64,000 bases of DNA, from positions 53,298 through 117,297 of the forward strand of contig JAAZXW010000019.1 of the NCBI GenBank assembly GCA_014239955.1, given 5' to 3'. This DNA comes from Methanobacteriota archaeon. Lineage in GTDB: Archaea > Thermoplasmatota > Poseidoniia > Poseidoniales > Thalassarchaeaceae. The first letter of the stretch is position 1. The number at the start of each line of letters is the position of its first letter. Below, one piece after another: positions 18,672 to 26,614 of this stretch. The position numbers and the translations under genes were made by a program. Below the pieces are notes generated by a model, which saw only the letters and a list, made by a program, of their open reading frames with translations, had not been told where the DNA came from and made no database searches.

Positions 18672-18868
18672 TGACTTGGGCACGATGGACCTCACTACGT
18701 TCAAGCGAAATACCCCCTACGGCGGATATGGGCATCGGCGAGAGTTTGATTAGATTCGTTGTTGGACTCATGGGGAAAAATCTTGAAGAAACTGAAGAAG
18801 AGAAGGCTGAGAGAGTCGCCGCAGAAGCCGAGAAGAGGATCGCTGAGGCAAAGAGAAAAGATATGTGA
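18671..18868 (+). CDS. small hypothetical charged helical protein (46-65 aa; possible start at ATG 18728)
   Basis: ATG overlaps preceding stop (TAATG); N-terminus again encoded by repeat R2 (WTSLRSS); C-terminal EETEEEKAERVAAEAEKRIAEAKRK coiled-coil-like. Confidence 0.2.
   Translation: MTWARWTSLRSSEIPPTADMGIGESLIRFVVGLMGKNLEETEEEKAERVAAEAEKRIAEAKRKDM
18687..18717 (+). repeat. direct repeat copy R2 (GGACCTCACTACGTTCAAGC core + GAAATACCCCC tail)
   Basis: Exact 20-nt identity with 18433..18452, 254 bp downstream. Confidence 0.85.
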
Positions 18869-18873
18869 TTTCC

Positions 18874-18896
18874 TGGGCCTGCCTGGATTCGAACCA
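18874..18896 (-). repeat. inverted 23-nt copy of the 3' end of tRNA-Pro (T-loop through discriminator)
   Basis: Plus strand TGGGCCTGCCTGGATTCGAACCA is the reverse complement of tRNA positions 53-75 (TGGTTCGAATCCAGGCAGGCCCA); no 5' acceptor strand or anticodon arm nearby, so not a second tRNA. Confidence 0.8.
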
Positions 18897-18915
18897 ACCG
18901 TTCAAGGCCGACACC
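18895..18915 (+). repeat. degenerate third copy (R3) of the repeat tail (CCGTTCAAGGCCGACACCCCC)
   Basis: Aligns with R1 ACGTTCAAG-CCGTGCACCTCC; adjoins the inverted tRNA fragment. Confidence 0.5.
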
Positions 18916-18922
18916 CCCTTCG

Positions 18923-19183
18923 ATGATTATGAAGTACAAGATAGTGGCTGGGGGCCTCAACCCCAAAGTTGGTGAGACTCTCGAATCTAAGGTTCAGAGT
19001 TTGATCGACGAAGGATGGATTTGTCAAGGTGGCCCCTTTACCCGTGAAAACCACAGTGACGTCTATCAAGCGATGGTAAGGAAATTGGACAATATAGCTG
19101 CTTCGAGCGCTCAAATAACCGATCTCAAGACTGAAATCAACTATCTCAACGATGAGTTATCAGAGTGGTTAGAAGATCATTGA
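18923..19183 (+). CDS. DUF1737-like small protein
   Basis: MKYKIVAGG...LESKVQSLIDEGWICQGG matches the short MKYKV..LE.KVNE.I.EGW.PQGG pattern of DUF1737 proteins, which are often found in mobile/phage contexts. Confidence 0.4.
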   Translation: MIMKYKIVAGGLNPKVGETLESKVQSLIDEGWICQGGPFTRENHSDVYQAMVRKLDNIAASSAQITDLKTEINYLNDELSEWLEDH

Positions 19184-19201
19184 AGCAGACCCACTAACTC
19201 C

Positions 19202-19978
19202 TCAACTGCTCCTGATTCTGTTTATCGCACTAATATCGAATTTGGATACGGCTGATTCTAAAGCCTTCTCGAACGAGAACCACCTAGCTTCATCTATTTC
19301 TCCTTCCTTTGGAATAATCTCCTGCCCCTCTAAGTCCGTTTGACAAGTATAGGTAAAAGAAACCCAATTTATTCCCTCTTCGTTGAAAATCTCATTCTGA
19401 ATGATGGCACCATCATCACCTAGGACAATACCACCACTCTCGCCCAATGGGTCTGGAATCACAATTGTGATGCCTAACTCTTCCTTAGCTTCTCTCTGTG
19501 CCGCCTCTCTTGGGTGTTCCCCATAATCGACAAAACCACCCGGTAGAGTCCAACAACCAGAGAAGAATCCACGAGAAGCCCTAACCATAAGAATTTCATT
19601 ATTTGAGTTCGTAATTACGACCTTGCTCACAACCCTGTGAAGAGTTCGATAGACAGACTCACGAACTAATGGATCTACTGTGTTATCGCTAATTACCGAA
19701 TCCTTCCACGCCCAGTTTTCTGGCCATGCAATATCTGGTACCCCATATGTGACAATGTAGTCAAATGAACCTAGACTTATTCGATTCACCCTTCTCAACG
19801 TCCATTCAATGCCCATTCCTTCGACTTCTTCGGGAGTCGGTAGCCTGATTGTTTCATCGCCAGGCCGAACGAAATTCCTCCCCATTTGGGGTTTCACCGG
19901 GCCATTACCGGATTTGTCTACGAGAAGCAACTTCCCATCATGTTCGAGATGCAAATATTCCGTAGCCACTCTGTTCAA
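19202..19978 (-). CDS. NUDIX hydrolase with N-terminal extension domain
   Basis: Nudix box [24 protein letters not shown] (GX5EX7REUXEEXGU). Confidence 0.75.
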   Translation of the reverse strand: MNRVATEYLHLEHDGKLLLVDKSGNGPVKPQMGRNFVRPGDETIRLPTPEEVEGMGIEWTLRRVNRISLGSFDYIVTYGVPDIAWPENWAWKDSVISDNTVDPLVRESVYRTLHRVVSKVVITNSNNEILMVRASRGFFSGCWTLPGGFVDYGEHPREAAQREAKEELGITIVIPDPLGESGGIVLGDDGAIIQNEIFNEEGINWVSFTYTCQTDLEGQEIIPKEGEIDEARWFSFEKALESAVSKFDISAINRIRSS

Positions 19979-19993
19979 CTCAGTTGTAACATC

Positions 19994-20932
19994 TCAATAT
20001 CCGAGTATTGTACTCAACTGCTCTTTGTAGAATGACCCCGAACCTTGGAGATTCTCAAGCTCGTTCGCCTCAAGTTCCAGTTCTATGATTCTCTCAACGC
20101 CGTCTTTACCCAATACTACTGGAACTCCGATGTATATGTCTTCCATCCCATACTCCCCGCTGAGATAAGTACTACACGGAAGCACCCTCTTCCTGTCATC
20201 CAGTATTGCCTCTGCCATTATAGCAGCAGCACTACCCGGGGCGTAGAAAGCGCTCCCCCTCTCAAGCAGCTTCACTATCTCCCCACCGCCGCTAGCAGTT
20301 CTCTCACAGATTGCATTGACTTCGTCCTCGCTGAGCAGTTGGGTGACTGGGATCCCATTCACCGTCGTGTACCTTGGCAAAGGAACCATTGTATCTCCAT
20401 GACCTCCTAGGACCATTGCCTGCACATCCTCATTGCTGCAGCCGACAGCCTGTGCGATGAAGTGAGTCATCCTAGCACTATCCAGGATGCCCGCCTGTCC
20501 TACTACGCGATTGTGTGGAAATCCAGTAATCTTCTGCATATGGTAAGTCATCAGATCCAGTGGGTTTGTGACCATAACTATCACAGCATCTGGAGCATTA
20601 TCCCTAATTCCCTCGCCAACCTGTGAGATGATGTCTGCATTTTTCCCTATGAGGTCCTCTCTACTCATGCCTGGTTGCCGGGGGAAACCCGAAGTCACGA
20701 CCACGACATCAGATCCAGCAATGTCGGCATAGTCTTTGGTTCCCGAAATTCTGCCATCATAGTTCAGAATCCTTCCCCCTTGGCTCATATCTAGTGCCTT
20801 GCCTTTCGCAAAGCCCTCGAAGATGTCAAGAAGAACTACTTCCCCTACCTTTCGCTCAGCCAAAACGAAGGCGCATGTAGCTCCAACGTTTCCAGCACCG
20901 ATTACAGCAACTTTCCTTGCCCCATTAGCCAT
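19994..20932 (-). CDS. mdh: malate dehydrogenase (LDH-like family)
   Basis: VAVIGAGNVGATCAF Rossmann, GFPRQPGMSREDL loop with Arg at the substrate-specificity position (MDH-type), catalytic His region MVLGGHGDTMVPL. Confidence 0.85.
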   Translation of the reverse strand: MANGARKVAVIGAGNVGATCAFVLAERKVGEVVLLDIFEGFAKGKALDMSQGGRILNYDGRISGTKDYADIAGSDVVVVTSGFPRQPGMSREDLIGKNADIISQVGEGIRDNAPDAVIVMVTNPLDLMTYHMQKITGFPHNRVVGQAGILDSARMTHFIAQAVGCSNEDVQAMVLGGHGDTMVPLPRYTTVNGIPVTQLLSEDEVNAICERTASGGGEIVKLLERGSAFYAPGSAAAIMAEAILDDRKRVLPCSTYLSGEYGMEDIYIGVPVVLGKDGVERIIELELEANELENLQGSGSFYKEQLSTILGY

Positions 20933-21025
20933 GACTGTGCGCCTGTGGCACCAGTCTTAGCCCTTTGTGGTTAGAATGTGCATCGATGTAGCAAGCGTAT
21001 TCTAGTTGTACTTTGTCAGAATATC

Positions 21026-21712
21026 ATGCAAAAGCAGGCAAATCCACTAATCGGAATCAGTTTAGTTGCCTTCGTTCCGACCATCTCCATCCTATTCACT
21101 TTGAACTATAATGATGATGAATTGACATCACAAGTGTTCTTCATGGCTTGCAAATTTTGGCTCCTAATTGCCCCTGCATACTGGTTCCTTCGTGTTGAGG
21201 GAAATGTCATTTCATGGTCTATGCCAAACAGGGAAGGTCTGATTCTTGGTTCCATCACAGGTATTGTGATGTCGGGCATTATCATTGTAATGTGGCTTTT
21301 GTTCGGAGCTACCATTGATGCAGATGCCATGCTAGCAGAAATGGAGACAACGGGATTAACCGACATCAGGATCTTCGTTGCAGGTATGCTATACTGGATT
21401 TTTCTTAATAGCCTGCTTGAGGAATACGTCTTCAGATGGTTTGTCACCACAAAGGGACTCGATTTACTCGGCAGCGAAATTGCTGCAATCTGCCTGTCCG
21501 CCTCCCTATTCACCCTACATCACGCAATTGCCCTGCACTACTTCGGATTCATCTGGTGGCAAACCATATTGGCATGTTTCGGCTTACTTTCCGCCGCCGC
21601 AATTTGGTCGTGGTTATACTTCCGCCACAAATCGATCTGGGTATGCTGGCTCTCTCATGCGATATGCGATGTAGCTGTTTTCAGCATAGGATATATCCTA
21701 ATCTTCGGCTGA
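21026..21712 (+). CDS. CPBP-family (CAAX protease / Abi) intramembrane metalloprotease
   Basis: Multi-TM protein with EEYVFRWF (EExxxR) and FTLHHA (FxxxH) motifs; ORF track GTG start 20978, first ATG 21026. Confidence 0.7.
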   Translation: MQKQANPLIGISLVAFVPTISILFTLNYNDDELTSQVFFMACKFWLLIAPAYWFLRVEGNVISWSMPNREGLILGSITGIVMSGIIIVMWLLFGATIDADAMLAEMETTGLTDIRIFVAGMLYWIFLNSLLEEYVFRWFVTTKGLDLLGSEIAAICLSASLFTLHHAIALHYFGFIWWQTILACFGLLSAAAIWSWLYFRHKSIWVCWLSHAICDVAVFSIGYILIFG

Positions 21713-21785
21713 ATCCTCTGGGAAATTATCACGCCGACGGTTTCAATAACGGCCTTCAACTGGATTCATCCGTATTATCAGTTAG

Positions 21786-22958
21786 GTGTTTCAAGTGAGA
21801 GTAGGAGTGTTGAAAGAGCCAGAAGGAGAAAATAGGGTTTCCATCGTCCCCAGCTCGTTAAAGAAGTTGAAAAAAATGGGCTTCAAAGTGGTTGTTGAAA
21901 CTGGTGCTGGCACAATTTCTCACAATAGTGATGGTGACTACGAGACATTTGGATGCACGGTATCAAGTAGGGATGATGCATTGTCCTGCGACATAGTCGT
22001 ATCAATATCCATGCCTGACATTTCAAATGCAAAGGAGGGGCAGATTGTAGTCTGTGTGGCAGACCCATTTAGGAACCCGGAAAGGGTGAAGGAATCGGTA
22101 GATGCTGGAATCACACTAATCAGCATGGACATGATACCACGGAGACTATCAAGGGCCCAAGCCATGGACGTCAACTCAAGCCAAGACAACCTTGCTGGGT
22201 ACAAGGCTGTATTAATCGGTGCTGCTCACGTTCCTCGAGGAATACCTATGATGACCACTAGCGCTGGCACTGTTAGGCCTTCGAAATTCGTAATCATGGG
22301 TTCAGGTGTCGCTGGTCTTCAAGCAATTGCCACGGCGAAGAGACTCGGTGCTGTTGTTTACGCCTCCGATGTTCGGAGATCTGCTGCTGAGCAGATTGAA
22401 TCAGTCGGGGGGAGATTCATAGAAGTGGATGGGATGGACGATTTCGAGGACGAATCTGGCTATGCAAAGCCACTAACACCAGAATTTATTCAAAAAGTCA
22501 ACGAAACTGTTTGCGAGGTTGCTAGCGATGCCGATGTAATCGTGACAACTGCCAGGATATTCGGTCGACCGGCCCCTATTACCGTACCTTCGAGTGCAAT
22601 TTCTAAGTTCAAGCCGGGCTCCGTTGTTGTCGATATGAATGCAGATGTGGGGGGAAACTGCGAGTTAACTGTTCCCGGAGAAATCGTCACAACCGAAAAC
22701 GGGGTGTCCATAGTCGGCACAAAAAATCTCGCAGGAGAGTTGGCTACCACTGCAAGTATGCTCTTTTCGAACAACATGACTACTTTCCTGTCTACATTGG
22801 TTAATGATGGTGAGATCAGAATCGATATGGATGACGCAATTCTTGTAGGTGCCCCGGAAGGTGATGATTTCTACGTTGCTGGTATGGGCGGCGTACTACT
22901 CTGCCACGCTGGCGAAATCCATCCAAAGCAGACAAGACTCTCCGAGGTGGTTGGCTAA
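21786..22958 (+). CDS. pntAA: NAD(P) transhydrogenase alpha subunit, part 1 (dI, AlaDH/PNT domain)
   Basis: VRVGVLKEPEGENRVSIVPSSLKKLKKMGFKVVVETGAG collinear with E. coli PntA N-terminus; NAD-binding GSGVAGLQAI. Confidence 0.85.
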   Translation: MFQVRVGVLKEPEGENRVSIVPSSLKKLKKMGFKVVVETGAGTISHNSDGDYETFGCTVSSRDDALSCDIVVSISMPDISNAKEGQIVVCVADPFRNPERVKESVDAGITLISMDMIPRRLSRAQAMDVNSSQDNLAGYKAVLIGAAHVPRGIPMMTTSAGTVRPSKFVIMGSGVAGLQAIATAKRLGAVVYASDVRRSAAEQIESVGGRFIEVDGMDDFEDESGYAKPLTPEFIQKVNETVCEVASDADVIVTTARIFGRPAPITVPSSAISKFKPGSVVVDMNADVGGNCELTVPGEIVTTENGVSIVGTKNLAGELATTASMLFSNNMTTFLSTLVNDGEIRIDMDDAILVGAPEGDDFYVAGMGGVLLCHAGEIHPKQTRLSEVVG

Positions 22959-23275
22959 TGCTGACAATGGCAACCCTTGTGGCGAGCATTACAGTTTTCG
23001 TACTGGCAATTTTCCTCGGATTCGAACTTATCAGCAAGGTTCCACCAACCTTGCATACTCCATTGATGTCCGGTGCAAATGCGATTTCTGGAATTACGAT
23101 TGTCGGTGCATTGATTCTATCAAATGCCCAATTTAACAGTGGAGATCCCGGCACCGCATCCTGGCTTGCATTCATCGCTCTGATAATGGCGACCATAAAC
23201 GTAGTCGGAGGATTCATGGTTACGAATAAGATGTTAGAAATGATAGCTGGAAAGAAACGTAGAGGTGGCAAATGA
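22958..23275 (+). CDS. pntAB: NAD(P) transhydrogenase alpha subunit, part 2 (membrane dII fragment)
   Basis: About 105 aa, 3-4 TM helices, ATG overlapping upstream stop (TAATG), immediately followed by pntB (ATGA overlap). Confidence 0.8.
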   Translation: MLTMATLVASITVFVLAIFLGFELISKVPPTLHTPLMSGANAISGITIVGALILSNAQFNSGDPGTASWLAFIALIMATINVVGGFMVTNKMLEMIAGKKRRGGK

Positions 23276-24720
23276 TGGTAGATCCAGTTATTTGGGACGT
23301 GGGGTATCTTGTCTCTGCAGCAATGTTTATCCTGGGAATTAAGCGACTATCTAGCCCTAGAACTGCACCCCAGGGCAACAGACTAGGGGCATATGGGATG
23401 CTACTGGCCGTACTTATTACACTGGTCAAGATGTACACAGAAGGAATTATCGGCTATGAGTTGATCATCAGCGGTTTGGCTATTGGTACACTAATTGGCT
23501 ACGTCATGGCTACACGTGTTGAGATGACGGAGATGCCCGAACTTGTGGCGCTGTTCAATGGATTCGGCGGGGGGGCATCGGCTCTTGTCGGCTTGTCGGA
23601 GGTTCTCAAGAGACTTCAGAATTCTAACGTCCCAGAACCCGGCGTTGAATTGTATGCTACTTGGGTGGCAATTGGGCTTTCGGGAATTGTTGGTTGGGTT
23701 ACTTTGACAGGCAGCCTCATGGCAATGGGAAAACTCAGGGGTGGATTCTATATCCCCTTCACTAAGAAGGACGATAGAGGCAGAAGAAAGTGGGTAAGAT
23801 TCCCAACATGGGGGCCACCATGGATGAACTTCGTCAAAGGAGCAATTCTTCTAGCATGCACCTCCCTCATTGGATTGACTGTCCACGATCCTCACAACTA
23901 TGACTACATATATTCCCTCGTAATTCTTTCCTGTATACTCGGCGTCCTATTTGTGATCCCCATCGGTGGTGCCGATATGCCCGTAGTCGTGAGTTTGCTA
24001 AACTCGATGTCAGGTATTGCCGCGGCATTCACTGGTTTCGTAATCGGGAATAACGTCCTAATCATAGCCGGGTCTATGGTCGGTGCAGCCGGCCTCATTC
24101 TAACATTCATTATGTGTAAGGCGATGAATAGGACACTGATTGCAGTATTATTCATGTCCTTCGGAGGTGGGGGGAGGGAATCTGTAACTAGGACCAAAGT
24201 AGGCAGTGATCCTGAGGAGGTTGCAATGGTCTGTGACGGCATCACAAAATGCGTCATCGTACCGGGTTACGGAATGGCCGTAAGTCAAGCACAGCACGCA
24301 GTGAAAGAATTCGCCGATCTGATGGAAGCTCAGGGTGTCGAGGTATCATACGGTATCCACCCCGTAGCAGGAAGGATGCCTGGTCACATGAACGTACTAC
24401 TTGCCGAGGCTAGCGTACCATATGAGCAATTGATTGAAATGGACGATATTAATTCAGAGCTTACCGAGACAGACGTAGCACTGGTTATAGGAGCGAATGA
24501 CACAATCAATCCAGTTGCCAGATCCGGTGAGGGGCCACTCGGAGGGATGCCAATAATTGACGTGGATAAGGCCAGAGTTGTTGTTGTCATCAAGAGGAGC
24601 TTATCTGTCGGATATGCAGGCGTCGATAACGACTTATTCTTTGAAGACAAGACAATGATGCTATTCGGTGATGGGAAGAAGATGATGAACGAGCTAAACG
24701 GAGCTATCAAGGAGTTGTGA
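23272..24720 (+). CDS. pntB: NAD(P) transhydrogenase beta subunit
   Basis: N-terminal TM bundle then dIII NADP-binding domain (GYGMAVSQAQHAVKE...GRMPGHMNVLLAEA...ALVIGANDTINP). Confidence 0.85.
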   Translation: MMVDPVIWDVGYLVSAAMFILGIKRLSSPRTAPQGNRLGAYGMLLAVLITLVKMYTEGIIGYELIISGLAIGTLIGYVMATRVEMTEMPELVALFNGFGGGASALVGLSEVLKRLQNSNVPEPGVELYATWVAIGLSGIVGWVTLTGSLMAMGKLRGGFYIPFTKKDDRGRRKWVRFPTWGPPWMNFVKGAILLACTSLIGLTVHDPHNYDYIYSLVILSCILGVLFVIPIGGADMPVVVSLLNSMSGIAAAFTGFVIGNNVLIIAGSMVGAAGLILTFIMCKAMNRTLIAVLFMSFGGGGRESVTRTKVGSDPEEVAMVCDGITKCVIVPGYGMAVSQAQHAVKEFADLMEAQGVEVSYGIHPVAGRMPGHMNVLLAEASVPYEQLIEMDDINSELTETDVALVIGANDTINPVARSGEGPLGGMPIIDVDKARVVVVIKRSLSVGYAGVDNDLFFEDKTMMLFGDGKKMMNELNGAIKEL

Positions 24721-24777
24721 GGTTAAGCTCCCCCAACCGTTATTTGACATCGACTTCGAGAAAGGCTTGGTGATATC

Positions 24778-25800
24778 GTGCGAGTGAACGCCAGAAGGGT
24801 CTTGACCTGTCTTGTTTTAGTAGTCGCAGTATCGCTTCCAGCTCTGGGGATGAGCAAGGGGCCCAGTGCAAATAATTCCAATGATGATCTGACCGTGAAG
24901 TATGGGTGTACCTGCCACAATAATGGTGCGCCATCGGACAGGGCTGTGGTAATGATAACTGGCGTACCCTTGATGTACGATACGTCAGAGGTGTACCAAC
25001 TCACCATACGTGTGTCCGACTCCCTTACCCTCTCAGGGGGCGATGGGAATACCCATGCAGGATTCATGATATCCTCTGACTCGGTTGGAAACTTCTCATG
25101 GGACGTGAGTGAAGACATTCGTTATGCAGAGGGTCGCGCAGATGACGCCTCTCACTCGGATCCAAGTCTGGAAGGGATTTGGACGATTAATTGGATTTCT
25201 CCCAGCGAAGACCTCGGGGCCGTGCAATTCTGGCTTGCTGGCAATTCTGTTGATGGTGCGGGAATACCTGACGACATGGATTACTGGAACATCCTATCCT
25301 TCACAATAAACCCACCGGGAACCATTACTACTGATGAGAGCGGGTCAACTTTGGAAACAAGGACCATTTCCGTTGGAACATACGACTCACTGTTCCTCAT
25401 TGAGGTATCTGAAGAGCAACTTGAGCAAGAAAGACAAGATGCACTGTCCCACAGGGTTTTCTCTCAGGGGAATCTTTTCTTCTGGACAAGTTTGACTGCA
25501 CTAATCATCGGAGCCGTTGTGCAGAAGGAGATTCTTGAGAGGAAATACGAAGACGGTCCTGACTTCCTAGCCAGTGAGCTGGCATACCCACAGGGATTTC
25601 GTAGGGCCGTTGTATCCGGACTTTCATTCTATTTCGCTGTTGGTTGGGCAAATTCGGAGACTCCAATCACATTCCAAGGCGTCGATTTCACCGATTTCGC
25701 TGCTGGGACTGCATTCTTCATCAGTGCATGGGCGGCTTACGGGGTATACCGAACTATCCTAGCAGCTAGATCGGAACCCGAAGTGAAGGATGTATTGTGA
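24778..25800 (+). CDS. exported/membrane-anchored protein with candidate twin-arginine signal, immediately upstream of tatC
   Basis: N-terminus MRVNARRVLTCLVLVVAVSLPALG (A-R-R-V-L + hydrophobic core + AxG); C-terminal hydrophobic helices; no catalytic motif recognised. Confidence 0.45.
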   Translation: MRVNARRVLTCLVLVVAVSLPALGMSKGPSANNSNDDLTVKYGCTCHNNGAPSDRAVVMITGVPLMYDTSEVYQLTIRVSDSLTLSGGDGNTHAGFMISSDSVGNFSWDVSEDIRYAEGRADDASHSDPSLEGIWTINWISPSEDLGAVQFWLAGNSVDGAGIPDDMDYWNILSFTINPPGTITTDESGSTLETRTISVGTYDSLFLIEVSEEQLEQERQDALSHRVFSQGNLFFWTSLTALIIGAVVQKEILERKYEDGPDFLASELAYPQGFRRAVVSGLSFYFAVGWANSETPITFQGVDFTDFAAGTAFFISAWAAYGVYRTILAARSEPEVKDVL

Positions 25801-26570
25801 ACCTAGATCAAAACTCTAAGGCTGATCCTGGACGATTTATGGGACATTTGGAGGAACTAAACTCAATTGCAAGAAAGGTTGCATTTGTGATGTTACTACT
25901 ATGCATCTTCTGGTCGTTCACCGCCAATCAGGTAGTATCTATGTGGTTGGAGATTGTTCCCTTGCCAACAGGTCCGAACAACGAGAATTTATCCGTTTAT
26001 GGGCCATTTGACTGGATTCAGATGCGTTGGAGCGTCGTAATTCTACTTTCGATGTTAACAATGCTGCCAATGGTATCGATATTGACTTACAAATTCGCTA
26101 AACCAGGCCTATTCCCTCGGGAGAGGAATTGGCTCATAGCTGTGCTAATTCTCACGACTACGGTCGTGCCGTTTTCAATAATTGTTATTTGGGCCTTTGG
26201 CATTCCAGCACTATTCGATTTCACTAGAATTTCTGGTACTCCAGAGGGAATTCTTGTCCGATACGATGCAGCTTCAATTTTCTCTCTCGGTTTGGGAGTC
26301 ACTTGGGTTTTGGTTGTTTGGTCAATTACAACAATTGTCCTCTCCTTGTCACGAATATTCGGAATGGTCTCATCGGGAAAGACCAGATTCAGGAACAGGT
26401 TGCTGGCTATTTCTTCAGGTATCATACTACTAACACTGCCAGTAGAATACGATGGTCTGAAATTGCTAATCGCCATTATGATGGCTTTCCTCGCGGATGT
26501 GATTTCACAATCAGCACCTGTGAAGATGACGCTATGGGACCCCAATGTCAATATTGACTCAACTACCTAG
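25797..26570 (+). CDS. tatC: Sec-independent (twin-arginine) translocase subunit TatC
   Basis: MGHLEELNSIARKV (TatC LxxHLxELRxRL start), PFDWIQ...FAKPGLFPRERN (PF...P.LY..ER region), LLTLPVEYDG (LTPPD-like), six predicted TM segments; likely true start ATG 25839. Confidence 0.65.
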   Translation: MNLDQNSKADPGRFMGHLEELNSIARKVAFVMLLLCIFWSFTANQVVSMWLEIVPLPTGPNNENLSVYGPFDWIQMRWSVVILLSMLTMLPMVSILTYKFAKPGLFPRERNWLIAVLILTTTVVPFSIIVIWAFGIPALFDFTRISGTPEGILVRYDAASIFSLGLGVTWVLVVWSITTIVLSLSRIFGMVSSGKTRFRNRLLAISSGIILLTLPVEYDGLKLLIAIMMAFLADVISQSAPVKMTLWDPNVNIDSTT

Positions 26571-26614
26571 CAGATTGGCATTGACTTGAAAGGCTGTGCT
26601 ATCGGCCAATTGAT

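Noticed and set aside
18874-18896. Possible second tRNA gene on the minus strand
   Set aside because: Only the T-loop/T-stem 3' strand/acceptor 3' strand are present; no matching 5' acceptor strand (GGGCCTG) or anticodon arm within 100 nt upstream on that strand.
24895-24915. Heme c binding site (CTCH) in the Tat-signal protein
   Set aside because: Motif is CxCH, not the CxxCH required for covalent heme attachment; too weak to call a cytochrome.
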